Origin: Candidatus Krumholzibacteriia bacterium | Lineage (GTDB): Bacteria > Krumholzibacteriota > Krumholzibacteriia > LZORAL124-64-63 | Assembly: GCA_050174015.1 (NCBI GenBank) | Contig: JBFXKG010000001.1 | Span: 1-64,000, forward strand | Reading direction: 5' to 3' | Length of the DNA stretch: 64,000 nucleotides | In this document: piece after piece, positions 55,843 through 64,000 of the stretch | How positions within the stretch are numbered: position 1 is the first letter of the stretch | Layout of the letters: each line of letters opens with the position of its first letter | Made by a program: the position numbers and the translations under genes | The notes under the pieces: model-generated | What the model saw: only the letters and a program-made list of their open reading frames with translations | Databases searched by the model: none | What the model was told of the DNA's origin: nothing

Positions 55843-58800
55843 ATGAAAATCGCTCATTTCGCCCTTTTCGGAGTCATCTGCCTCCTGGCCACGTCGGCCG
55901 TCGCGACCGGGGTCAGGGATTTCCAGCTCCAGTCCCGACCTCCTCTCCGGGGGAGGTCCGCCGATCCGGTCAAGGCCCCCGGGGACAGCACCCTGCTCAT
56001 GGGCCCCTGGGGCAGCGGCGCCCCTTACAACGGACAGTTCCAGACGGCCGGGGGTCTGCCGGCCTGGAACGGCTGGACGAGCCGGGACATCACTCAGTCC
56101 CCCGGGAATCGCTGGCGCCCGGACACCTTCCACGCCGTGAACGGGGCGTACTCCGCCTGGTGCGGTCTGGCCGACTACCCGGCCTGCGACGCAGGCGATG
56201 AGGCGGGTGGCTACGGCAACAACTGGAAGGAAAACCTCCAGTGGACCGGTCCGGTGACCGACCCCGGTCTGTCCTGCACGGTGGCAATCAACGCCGTGCT
56301 CGACCATGATACGGAACCCGGATACGACTACCTTTATCTGGAGTGTGTTCTGGGGGACGGTTCGGCGGTCCTTCTCGCCACCTGGGACGGATTGGCATCG
56401 GCCGTGCCCGTGAACGAGACCTTCACCTACCTGCCGGGGGATTATTCCGGATCCGGCGGCGACGAGGTCGTCGTCCGTTTCCGGTTCGAATCCGACGGCG
56501 GTTGGTCCGACGAGGACTGCCTCTTTCCGTCCAGCGGGGCCGCCCGGATCGACGACCTCGTCATCACCCTCACCAACGGCTCCGGCGCGGGCCACGATTT
56601 CGAGGACGGGACCCTGGGACCGTTCCAGGCGCCTCCGGCGCAGGGCGTGGGGGACTTCGCCAAGATCTGGACCGAACTGAACGATTCGGATCCATGCCGG
56701 TCGAACTTCGGTCCCCAGGTCGCCTTCATCGACGACGGGGTGGTGGTCCCCGGGACCGGGGGATCCCTGTGCATCGACCATTGCTACGGGCCGGACGGGT
56801 ACGTGGTCAACTCGACGGGGGGCCTCGCGGGCCCGGATGAACACCTGGACAACGCCGTCATCTCCCCGGTCATGGCCTGGCCCGCGGGCCACGACGGCCT
56901 GGTGTTCGAATACACCGTGTTCGAAGACGACTTCCTCTTCGCCCTCAACGACGACCCCGGGATCCTGTACACCTGGTACGTCCGTTCGACGGCATCGGCT
57001 GATCCCGCCGATCTCGAGATCGCTCCCTGGGTCAACCGCGGTTTCTTCCACATCAACGACGTCTGGGACGGCCGTTACGTGCGGCAGTCGTACGTGGTCG
57101 GCGATCTCCTGGAACCCGGGGCGCAATACCTTCAGGTGATGCTCAAGGCTCTGGAGATCGGGTTCGCGTGGGGGCAGAACGGCACAAACGCCCTGCCTGC
57201 TCCCTACTTCGACGACGTGAGGGTCACGGCTTACGAATCGGCCGGTCCCAACCTGACCGCCGATCGCTTCGACCTGGCCCTGGACGCCTTCCCCGCGTCA
57301 GGGACGGTGGACATGGGCGATCCCGGGGCCCTCTCGGCCCGGTTCGACGGCGGCCGGGGCTCCGACCTGAGCGCCCCCGGCGATTCGGTGGTGGTCGATG
57401 CAAAACCCGCGCGGGCGGGAGCCGTGCTGACCGGTCCGCCCCTGATGCACTACCGCCTGACGCCCAACCCCGTGTTCGATCCCTACCGGACCAGCAGCCT
57501 GCCGTTGGTCGGCGCCGTCGCGGGTCTCGAGGGTCAGGACCAGCTGGGCCAGCCCAACGGTCAGTTCGCCTTCGACCTGCCCGACACCGCCTTCCTGTTC
57601 CCCGGAGACGTCCTTCGCTATTGCTTCACCGCAGCGGACGATCTCGGCGGCGTCGCGGCCCAATCCATCCTGCCGGCCGACACCACCGGATTCTCTTCCG
57701 CCGACCCCGGTCTGGTCTACGATCCGGACTTCACCGTGAGGGTTCTGCCGTCCATCAGCGAGAACCCCGGCAATCCGGGAACCTACCTGCGCCCGGACCT
57801 GCTGGTCTGGAGCGACGCCGAGGACGGCAAGGAATACGACCTCTGGGTGGCGACCCTTGGCCAGCTGGGTCTCCAGTGGGGGCGGGATTTCGACCTGGCG
57901 ACCCGGCCCGGCATCCAGGCCCGCATGGCGGACCGGACCAGTCTGGAACAGCTCGCGTCCTATGACGACCTGATCTACCTGACCGGAGCGACCTTCCAGG
58001 GCTTCCTGCCGGACGAGGACGTGCTCCTGCTCGAAGCCTGGTTCGCCACCGGAGGAAAGGACCTCCTGGCCATGGGGCTGACCCTCCCCGGCAACCTCCA
58101 GGACATCTACGGATGGGGAGGGGGCTCCGGTATCGGCGCGACTTTCGCCCTGGACCGGATGGGCATCCTCGACGTGGGCAGAAACGTCAATGAACTGATC
58201 CTCGATCAGGACTTCCCTCAGATCGCTCCGCTGGCCGGCAATCCGGTCTTCGGGGGCGGTTTCCCCCGTTGGCTGGACAACGCGCAGTGCCAGCCGGACG
58301 GGCGGATCTTCCCCAACAGCCGGCAGGGCAACGCGGTCACTCCTGCGGCAGGTGCGACGGTTCTGGCGGAGTACACCACCCCCGGAGGCGGCCTGGGCTC
58401 GTTCCCCTACGCGGCAGCCCTGTTGATGGAGGTGGACGCGGACAGCAGCCGGGCGGTCACCATGCCGACCACGCTGCGGCGGATCTATCCGGACCCCGGG
58501 GCGGCCAAGACGGCCGCGCCGACCGCGACCCGCACTCAACTGGTCCAGGCGGTCCTGTCCTATTTCGGCCGTTCGTTCACCGGTGCGCCCAGCTCCGTGC
58601 CCGGCGCCGAGGCCTTTGAGGTCAACGCCCATCCCAATCCCTTCAATCCGACGACGGCCCTCAGCTTCACCATGCCGCAAGCCGGACATCTGAGCCTGAA
58701 AGTGTTCGATCTGCGCGGCCGTCTGGTGCGGACGCTGCTGGACGAGCGGCGCGAGGCGGGGCCCGGGCATGCGGCCTGGGACGGCCTGGATGAGGCAGGA

Positions 58801-58884
58801 GCCCGGGCGCCCTCGGGCGTGTACTTCTACGAGGCCCGCACCGCGGGTCAGGTCCAGGTCGGCAAGGTGACCATGATCAAATGA
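55843..58884 (+). CDS. Large secreted multidomain protein with FlgD-Ig C-terminal domain
   Basis: Signal peptide MKIAHFAL, beta-sandwich-like DTEPGYDY...RFRFESDG, HPNPFNP...WDGLD...SGVYF. Confidence 0.82.
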   Translation: MKIAHFALFGVICLLATSAVATGVRDFQLQSRPPLRGRSADPVKAPGDSTLLMGPWGSGAPYNGQFQTAGGLPAWNGWTSRDITQSPGNRWRPDTFHAVNGAYSAWCGLADYPACDAGDEAGGYGNNWKENLQWTGPVTDPGLSCTVAINAVLDHDTEPGYDYLYLECVLGDGSAVLLATWDGLASAVPVNETFTYLPGDYSGSGGDEVVVRFRFESDGGWSDEDCLFPSSGAARIDDLVITLTNGSGAGHDFEDGTLGPFQAPPAQGVGDFAKIWTELNDSDPCRSNFGPQVAFIDDGVVVPGTGGSLCIDHCYGPDGYVVNSTGGLAGPDEHLDNAVISPVMAWPAGHDGLVFEYTVFEDDFLFALNDDPGILYTWYVRSTASADPADLEIAPWVNRGFFHINDVWDGRYVRQSYVVGDLLEPGAQYLQVMLKALEIGFAWGQNGTNALPAPYFDDVRVTAYESAGPNLTADRFDLALDAFPASGTVDMGDPGALSARFDGGRGSDLSAPGDSVVVDAKPARAGAVLTGPPLMHYRLTPNPVFDPYRTSSLPLVGAVAGLEGQDQLGQPNGQFAFDLPDTAFLFPGDVLRYCFTAADDLGGVAAQSILPADTTGFSSADPGLVYDPDFTVRVLPSISENPGNPGTYLRPDLLVWSDAEDGKEYDLWVATLGQLGLQWGRDFDLATRPGIQARMADRTSLEQLASYDDLIYLTGATFQGFLPDEDVLLLEAWFATGGKDLLAMGLTLPGNLQDIYGWGGGSGIGATFALDRMGILDVGRNVNELILDQDFPQIAPLAGNPVFGGGFPRWLDNAQCQPDGRIFPNSRQGNAVTPAAGATVLAEYTTPGGGLGSFPYAAALLMEVDADSSRAVTMPTTLRRIYPDPGAAKTAAPTATRTQLVQAVLSYFGRSFTGAPSSVPGAEAFEVNAHPNPFNPTTALSFTMPQAGHLSLKVFDLRGRLVRTLLDERREAGPGHAAWDGLDEAGARAPSGVYFYEARTAGQVQVGKVTMIK

Positions 58885-58909
58885 CCTCACGCCGGAATCC
58901 ACCGGCGAC

Positions 58910-58962
58910 AACACGGCCCGCGGCGACTCCCCAGGGAGACGGTCCGCGGGCCGTCGTGTTTT
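58910..58962 (+). terminator. Probable terminator hairpin separating the FlgD gene from the peptide cluster
   Basis: ACGGCCCGCGG (58913-58923) pairs with CCGCGGGCCGT (58944-58954), followed by CGTGTTTT. Confidence 0.55.
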
Positions 58963-59081
58963 AGGCCATCCACCCAAGAACCTTGAACCGCAACGGGTTG
59001 GGGAGCTCCCGGCCCGCGGGCCGACCCTTGCTCCTGGAGGGCGTTCGCGCACGGAGGCATTCGTTCCAAGGAGGAGCCGAC

Positions 59082-59333
59082 ATGAAGGAAAGACCGAATC
59101 ACGAACCCGGAATCACCCCCGACCACCTGGCCGCCAGCCTGCAGCGGCTGGACATCCGGGAACTGGAGCAGCGCATGGAGTTCGCCCCGCTGCTGGTGGA
59201 CCAGGGCCTGGCCACCGGGACCCAGGACCTGGACATGCCCTGCTGCGTCTGCAAGATCGGCGACCCGACCCAGCTGGACGAGAACGGCATGCTGCCCAAT
59301 CTCAACCTGGGCATGGGGTCGGAGAACTGGTGA
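59082..59333 (+). CDS. 83-aa putative RiPP precursor peptide
   Basis: GGAGGAG RBS; leader-like LDIRELEQRMEF and core with CCVCK. Its stop overlaps the GTG start of the next gene. Confidence 0.72.
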   Translation: MKERPNHEPGITPDHLAASLQRLDIRELEQRMEFAPLLVDQGLATGTQDLDMPCCVCKIGDPTQLDENGMLPNLNLGMGSENW

Positions 59334-60520
59334 CGCCCCTGAAGCATGACCGCCGGCGGCGGCCCGGACCCCCGAGGGGGACCGGGCCCGGCCGGCGGCC
59401 GGAATCCGGACCCGAAGCCGCCGGACCTGCCGCGGACCACACCTGGGAGCTGTGGAACCTGCGGGCCTTGTTCCCGGAGGCGGGTCTCGAGGACCTGCTG
59501 GCGATCAAGGCCAGTCAGGACAGGCTCCTGGCGAGGGAACGGGAGGCTCTCGCCGGGCTGTGGTCGGGGAACCGGGTCATCCTGGGCCCCGGCCACGGAT
59601 TCTTCGCCGAGCATCCCGAACTGGGGACCGGGATGACGGTCTCCCTCCACCTGGGACCGTACCAGCTGCTCGCCGAGCCGTTCGCGGCGGCGGGACGCGC
59701 ACCTCTGATCGTCCTCAACGCAAGCGCGCTGGCCTCGTTCAAGCAGCATGCCGAGTCCCTGCTCAGGAAGCTGGGCCACGGCGAGGGTCTGGGCTGGGCG
59801 TCGCTGGGGGATCCGGGGTTCGTCCGGCGCATCATCGCCGCGGTCAGGGACGACCGGCCGGTCCTGGTCTATCTCGACGGCAACGACGGGCAGGGAGGCA
59901 TGGCCACGACCCGCGACCAGGGGCTGGACTACGACTTGCCCGGCCGGACCATCCGGGTGCGCACGGGTCTGGCGCGGCTGGCCTGCCGGCTGGGTTGCCG
60001 CGTCCACACGGTGGCGGTCCACTGGGGAGACGAGGGGCTTCCCGTCTGGGAAACCGGGCCGTCCCGTCGCTGCGGGCCCGGGGATGATCCGGCCGCCGTG
60101 ACCCGGGGCCTCTTCGACTGGTGCTTCACGCAGGTCATGCGCCGCCCGGACCAGTGGCACCACTGGTCCATGCTCCGCCACTCCAGCGCCTGCTTCCGGC
60201 AGGGCCCGCTGGAGGAGGACGGCGTGCCGGCGGGCCTGCGGGAGGACTTCGGACGGGCCTTCCAGACCTGCCTGACCCGGTCGCCGGAAACCGTCCGCCT
60301 GGTCCTGGAGAACCAGGTCGAGGTGTGGCGCGAGGCCGTCCTGGCGGATCTGTCGGCGGACCGGTTCTATCCCGCCGCCGGTCTTCGCGACCAGGATCTT
60401 GAGATCCTGAGGACCGGCCGCCCCACCCTGGCTGAACTGAGCGAGTACCACGGCCGGGCGTGGGTGGGATTCCACGGGCTGCGGCTCTGCCTGCTGGGCA
60501 TGGCCAGGCTGGGCACCTGA
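59330..60520 (+). CDS. LpxL/LPLAT-superfamily acyltransferase-like protein with C-terminal RRE/wHTH-like domain
   Basis: SLHLGPYQ (cf. LpxL HxGxWE), VLVYLDGNDG, GLARLA, RPDQWHHW; C-terminal three-strand/three-helix pattern. Confidence 0.72.
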   Translation: MTPLKHDRRRRPGPPRGTGPGRRPESGPEAAGPAADHTWELWNLRALFPEAGLEDLLAIKASQDRLLAREREALAGLWSGNRVILGPGHGFFAEHPELGTGMTVSLHLGPYQLLAEPFAAAGRAPLIVLNASALASFKQHAESLLRKLGHGEGLGWASLGDPGFVRRIIAAVRDDRPVLVYLDGNDGQGGMATTRDQGLDYDLPGRTIRVRTGLARLACRLGCRVHTVAVHWGDEGLPVWETGPSRRCGPGDDPAAVTRGLFDWCFTQVMRRPDQWHHWSMLRHSSACFRQGPLEEDGVPAGLREDFGRAFQTCLTRSPETVRLVLENQVEVWREAVLADLSADRFYPAAGLRDQDLEILRTGRPTLAELSEYHGRAWVGFHGLRLCLLGMARLGT

Positions 60521-60522
60521 CC

Positions 60523-61593
60523 ATGCCCGGACGAACCGAGGTCCATCCCCACCCCGCCGGCCCCTGGCTGGTCATCCACGAGGGCCGCAGTTTCGGGGTG
60601 CCGCCCCGGGTCGGAGCCGGGATCCTCGATGCGTCGATTCCTGCGGCCGGCCTGGTCCCCCGGTCCCGGGAAGTCCAGAAGCCGCCATCGGCCCGGTCGG
60701 GGCTCCGCCGGATGTTCCGGGATCCTTTGTGGTTGCGATTGCCCCTCGCGTCCCCGGCAGCGGTGCGGCGGGCGGCCGCGTTCTTGAGCCCTCTGGCCGG
60801 TCCGAGGGCGCTGGGGCTGTCGGCTGCGGTCGGTCTGGGGGGTTACGGCCTGGCCTGGGCGGGGGGATGGCAGCGGGAATGGCCTGTCCTGCACGAAGGA
60901 GGTCTCGTTCCGGGTCTGGTCCTCTTCCTCGTGACGGCGGTCTGGCACGAACTGGGGCATGCTGCCGCCCTGGCCCGCCAGGGGTATCCCCCGGGACGGC
61001 TGGGGATCGGCGTGATGGTCGTCATCCCGGTGCTGTTCGTGGACGTGACGCCGGTCGCCCTGTTGCCGCCCCGAGGACGCCTCGTGGTGAACGCGGCCGG
61101 CGCAAGCTTCCAGCTCGGGATAGGGGGGATCCTGGCCCTGGCGGCGGGAACCTGCGAGGCCGGCTGGTTGCGGGATGCCTCGGGGATCGCCGCGGGTTCG
61201 GCCCTGGGAGCGGTCCTCTGGAGCCTGTGGCCGTTCATCCGGTCCGACGGCTACTGGCTCGTGGCCGATCTCCTGGGGGTCGGGGCCCTGGACCGGCCGC
61301 TCCCGCCGGAAGCAGGCTGCCGGGCCCGCACCGGGATCCTGCTCCACCGGGCGACCAACCTGGCCTTCATCGTCGCCGCGGCGGGACTGGTGACCTGGAC
61401 CGCCGCATCGCGCCTGGGCCCGGCCGGACCCTGGGGAACGGCCGGAGCGGTCCTGATCGCCGCCCTGGTCTGGTGGGGGGCGGTGGCGCGGGGGTTCCGG
61501 CTGGTGGGAACCCTGAGGCGGGATTTCGGGACAAGGGCCCGGGAAGGACGCGGGGTGCGAATCCGGGCCGGGCCCAGATCCGGAAACCCGTGA
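60523..61593 (+). CDS. M50 (site-2 protease-like) intramembrane zinc metallopeptidase
   Basis: WHELGH, GIG...PVLFVDVT, AAG..FQ, PFIRSDGYW, and multiple TM helices. Start MPGRTE is 2 bp after the acyltransferase stop. Confidence 0.82.
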   Translation: MPGRTEVHPHPAGPWLVIHEGRSFGVPPRVGAGILDASIPAAGLVPRSREVQKPPSARSGLRRMFRDPLWLRLPLASPAAVRRAAAFLSPLAGPRALGLSAAVGLGGYGLAWAGGWQREWPVLHEGGLVPGLVLFLVTAVWHELGHAAALARQGYPPGRLGIGVMVVIPVLFVDVTPVALLPPRGRLVVNAAGASFQLGIGGILALAAGTCEAGWLRDASGIAAGSALGAVLWSLWPFIRSDGYWLVADLLGVGALDRPLPPEAGCRARTGILLHRATNLAFIVAAAGLVTWTAASRLGPAGPWGTAGAVLIAALVWWGAVARGFRLVGTLRRDFGTRAREGRGVRIRAGPRSGNP

Positions 61594-61605
61594 GGGACCC
61601 TCCCG

Positions 61606-63345
61606 TCACGCGGGCGACAGAAGGGCCCCCAGGGCCTGGGCGAGGCCATCGGATTTCACGGGTTTGGCCAGTGAACGGGCCTTGCCGATCTCTGCGAGGC
61701 GCCGGGGCTCCGGGGCTCCCGGCGCGTCATGGATGAAGAGGATCGGCATCTCGGGGCAGACGGCGCGGATGTCCTGGATCAGCTCCACCCAGCTCATCAT
61801 GGGCAGGGGGTCGTCGATCACCACGGCCGCCCATTCGTCTGGGGAGGCCATGAAGGTCAGACGGCTGGAATGGGTTCCGCGGCAGTGGGTGACCAGGCAG
61901 CCCAGGTTGTGCAGGCCGGTGATGATCCGGGCGGCGTCCTCCTCGGCCTGGTCGACGAACAGGACCCGGGGCGAGGATCCGCCTGCGGTCCCGATGGCCG
62001 CCCGCAGGGGAGCCGTCAGGTCGGCGTATCCGGACCACCCGGTGATGTCCTCGGTGATCCCGATGATGTACCGCGGGTTCCCCTCGTCGCCGGACAGGGG
62101 GATCTTGCGGGAGCGCACGAGGAGGGCGCCGCGGGTCGCGGAGTGGAAGGTCTCGCATTCGACCTCGAGCAGGGATCCTGTCGCCAGGACTTCCTGGTCC
62201 TGCCGGGAGAAGGCGGCGGCGTCCTCCGGATGGAAGACCTCCTCGTTGGTCTTGCCGATGACTTCGGACCCGGGAACTCCGACCAGCTCCTCGCAGGCCC
62301 GGTTCAGGTACACGAACCGGTGGGTCGTCGCGTCCTTGACGAAGACCGGCAAAGGGATGTTGGTCACCACCGAATCGAAGAACTGCTTGGCTTCGGTCAG
62401 TTCCTGCTCCATCCGGTGGCGGTGGGAGGCCCCCAGCAGGATTTCCCCCAGGAGCTGCAGGCGCTGGGGTTCCTCCCGGTCCCAGCGGCGGCCGGTCCGT
62501 CCTCCGTGGACGGCGATGAAGCCGGGATCGTGGTCTCCCAGGTCGAGGCGGATCCACAGGCCCGAGCGCACGCCGGACGACAGGGCCAGCTTCTTCTCCT
62601 GGATCCAGGCCGGGGGAATGGCGTCGGTGCAACTGAAGCTGAAAACCTTCCGCCGCTTGAGATGGCGGAACAGGTTCGCGGGCAGACGCATCTCATCCTC
62701 CCCCGGCATCCAACGCCGGACCCCTTCGGCGGTGGCCAGCAGGACGGAGGCCCGGCCCCCGCATGTCCTGCCCCCGCAGGAGAAGATCGTCAGGGCGGAA
62801 TCGAAGAATTCCCCGATGGCCTGCAGCGTTCCGGGAACCAGGTCGGGGAAGTGGGATCCGGGAACCTGCAACAGGCGGCGGGAAAGATCGGCCGCCAGGG
62901 ATTCGAACCGGAGCCGGTCGGCCAGGTCGGATCCGGCGGCGACGGGAGCCGAACCCCCGGGATCCCGGCCCGCGGTCCTGATCAGGGAGCTGAGGCCGTC
63001 GTGATCGGAATCCTCTTCCAGGAACAGGCCCAGGCAGTGGGTGTCCTCGGGGGCGTGTCCGGTGATGGGCATGATGGCGACGGTCAGGTCACGGTCCTGT
63101 CCGCTGCGGGTCCGGCACCGGATGCGGTTGATCCCGCCCTGGCGGTCGTCGTTGAGGCAGGACAGGAACAGGCTGCGGTTCGCCGGGGAGAGGAATGCAG
63201 CGGGCCGGCCTTCCATGTCCTCGGCGGTCCACCCGAACAGCTGTTCGGCGGCGCGGCTCCACAGGACGACCATCCCTCCGCTGTTGAGGATGACGGCCGC
63301 ATGGGTCGACTCGTAGAGGGAACTGTGCATCGAAGATGCCGCCAT
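61606..63345 (-). CDS. PAS-GAF-PAS-REC signalling protein lacking a kinase core
   Basis: PAS WSRAAEQLFGW, GAF GVRSGLWI, PAS VFVKD...NRACEELVG...EDIT, REC VLFVD...VID...KPV. GGAGG RBS. Confidence 0.8.
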   Translation of the reverse strand: MAASSMHSSLYESTHAAVILNSGGMVVLWSRAAEQLFGWTAEDMEGRPAAFLSPANRSLFLSCLNDDRQGGINRIRCRTRSGQDRDLTVAIMPITGHAPEDTHCLGLFLEEDSDHDGLSSLIRTAGRDPGGSAPVAAGSDLADRLRFESLAADLSRRLLQVPGSHFPDLVPGTLQAIGEFFDSALTIFSCGGRTCGGRASVLLATAEGVRRWMPGEDEMRLPANLFRHLKRRKVFSFSCTDAIPPAWIQEKKLALSSGVRSGLWIRLDLGDHDPGFIAVHGGRTGRRWDREEPQRLQLLGEILLGASHRHRMEQELTEAKQFFDSVVTNIPLPVFVKDATTHRFVYLNRACEELVGVPGSEVIGKTNEEVFHPEDAAAFSRQDQEVLATGSLLEVECETFHSATRGALLVRSRKIPLSGDEGNPRYIIGITEDITGWSGYADLTAPLRAAIGTAGGSSPRVLFVDQAEEDAARIITGLHNLGCLVTHCRGTHSSRLTFMASPDEWAAVVIDDPLPMMSWVELIQDIRAVCPEMPILFIHDAPGAPEPRRLAEIGKARSLAKPVKSDGLAQALGALLSPA

Positions 63346-63362
63346 GATGTTGCTCCTCCAGC

Positions 63363-64000
63363 CTATTCGGTAAGCGAGGTTGCAGCGGGAACCGGTTGCC
63401 TGATGGCATGCCGGATGTCCAGGAAGTCCTGGATGTTCGCGATGAACAGGTCGAGCAGGGCGGGATCGAAGTGCTTTTCCCGGTTGCTCTCCAGGTGGTC
63501 GACGATCCGCTGCAGGGACCAGGCCGGGCGGTAGACCCGGGTCCGGGACAGGGCGTCGAACACGTCGCAGATGGCGGTGATGCGGCTGAAGAGGTGGGTG
63601 GTGTCCTTCCACAGCCCCTGGGGATAGCCGCCGCCGTCCCACCGCTCGTGATGCTCGAGGGCGACCCTGGCGGCCACCTGCGCGCCTGGACGCCGGCGGC
63701 TGCTCAGCAGGTGCCAGCCGATGGTGGTGTGCTCCTCCATGGCCGCCCGTTCCCCGGGGGTCAGGGGTCCCGCCTTCTGGAGGATGTTCCAGCTCACCCC
63801 GAGCTTGCCGATGTCGTGGAGCCGGGCGCTCCGGGCCAGCAGGGGAATCTCCGCGGCGGGGACCGCGGCCAGCCGACCCAGATGGGCGGCGAGTTCGGCG
63901 AGGGCGTGGACGTGCTGGGCGGTCTCCTTGGACCAGCGATGCAGGGCGGACAGGACGGGATCGTGGGGGACCTGGATCCGGGTTGCGACGGTGGCGACCT
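63363..64000 (-). CDS. HD-GYP phosphodiesterase (5'-truncated by the window edge)
   Basis: ETAQHV, LHDIGKLGV, HTTIG, HHERWDGGGYPQGL, ICDVFDAL...RVYRPAW, HFDP. Confidence 0.9.
   Translation of the reverse strand, partial: VATVATRIQVPHDPVLSALHRWSKETAQHVHALAELAAHLGRLAAVPAAEIPLLARSARLHDIGKLGVSWNILQKAGPLTPGERAAMEEHTTIGWHLLSSRRRPGAQVAARVALEHHERWDGGGYPQGLWKDTTHLFSRITAICDVFDALSRTRVYRPAWSLQRIVDHLESNREKHFDPALLDLFIANIQDFLDIRHAIRQPVPAATSLTE

Noticed and set aside
59330..60520. Annotation as the housekeeping lipid A acyltransferase lpxL
   Set aside because: It lacks the N-terminal TM helix and H-x4-D/E motif, has an extra C-terminal domain, and lies in a peptide/M50 context rather than an LPS context.

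Overview
A 64-kb GC-rich bacterial chromosomal segment. It is probably from the FCB superphylum, Krumholzibacteriota/Latescibacterota-like; this is inferred from the many secreted proteins with FlgD-Ig C-terminal domains or short 'SFGxVKxLF' tails. Left end (433-5611): a two-cassette integron-type array with no integrase in view. It holds a ~4.4-kb cassette carrying a Gabija-type OLD nuclease + UvrD helicase pair, closed by a canonical attC at 1200-1262, then an AT-rich cassette encoding an unknown 209-aa membrane-anchored protein. Middle: housekeeping and envelope genes (TauE, tcdA, carAB, RRM protein, mscL, TamA/TamB, MscS, corA, hypA), secreted FlgD-domain proteins, a MarR-led HybA/HybB(NrfD)/13-heme cytochrome redox operon, and an oxidative-stress group (sodB, ndh, katG, DCC, DoxX). 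Right end: a compact three-gene candidate lipidated-RiPP cluster (59082-61593) encoding an 83-aa Cys/Lys-bearing precursor, an LpxL-like acyltransferase with an RRE-like C-terminus, and an M50 site-2 protease. It is followed by a kinase-less PAS-GAF-PAS-REC protein and an HD-GYP protein. No rRNA, tRNA or CRISPR array was seen. All product calls come from motif reading by eye; no database search was run.
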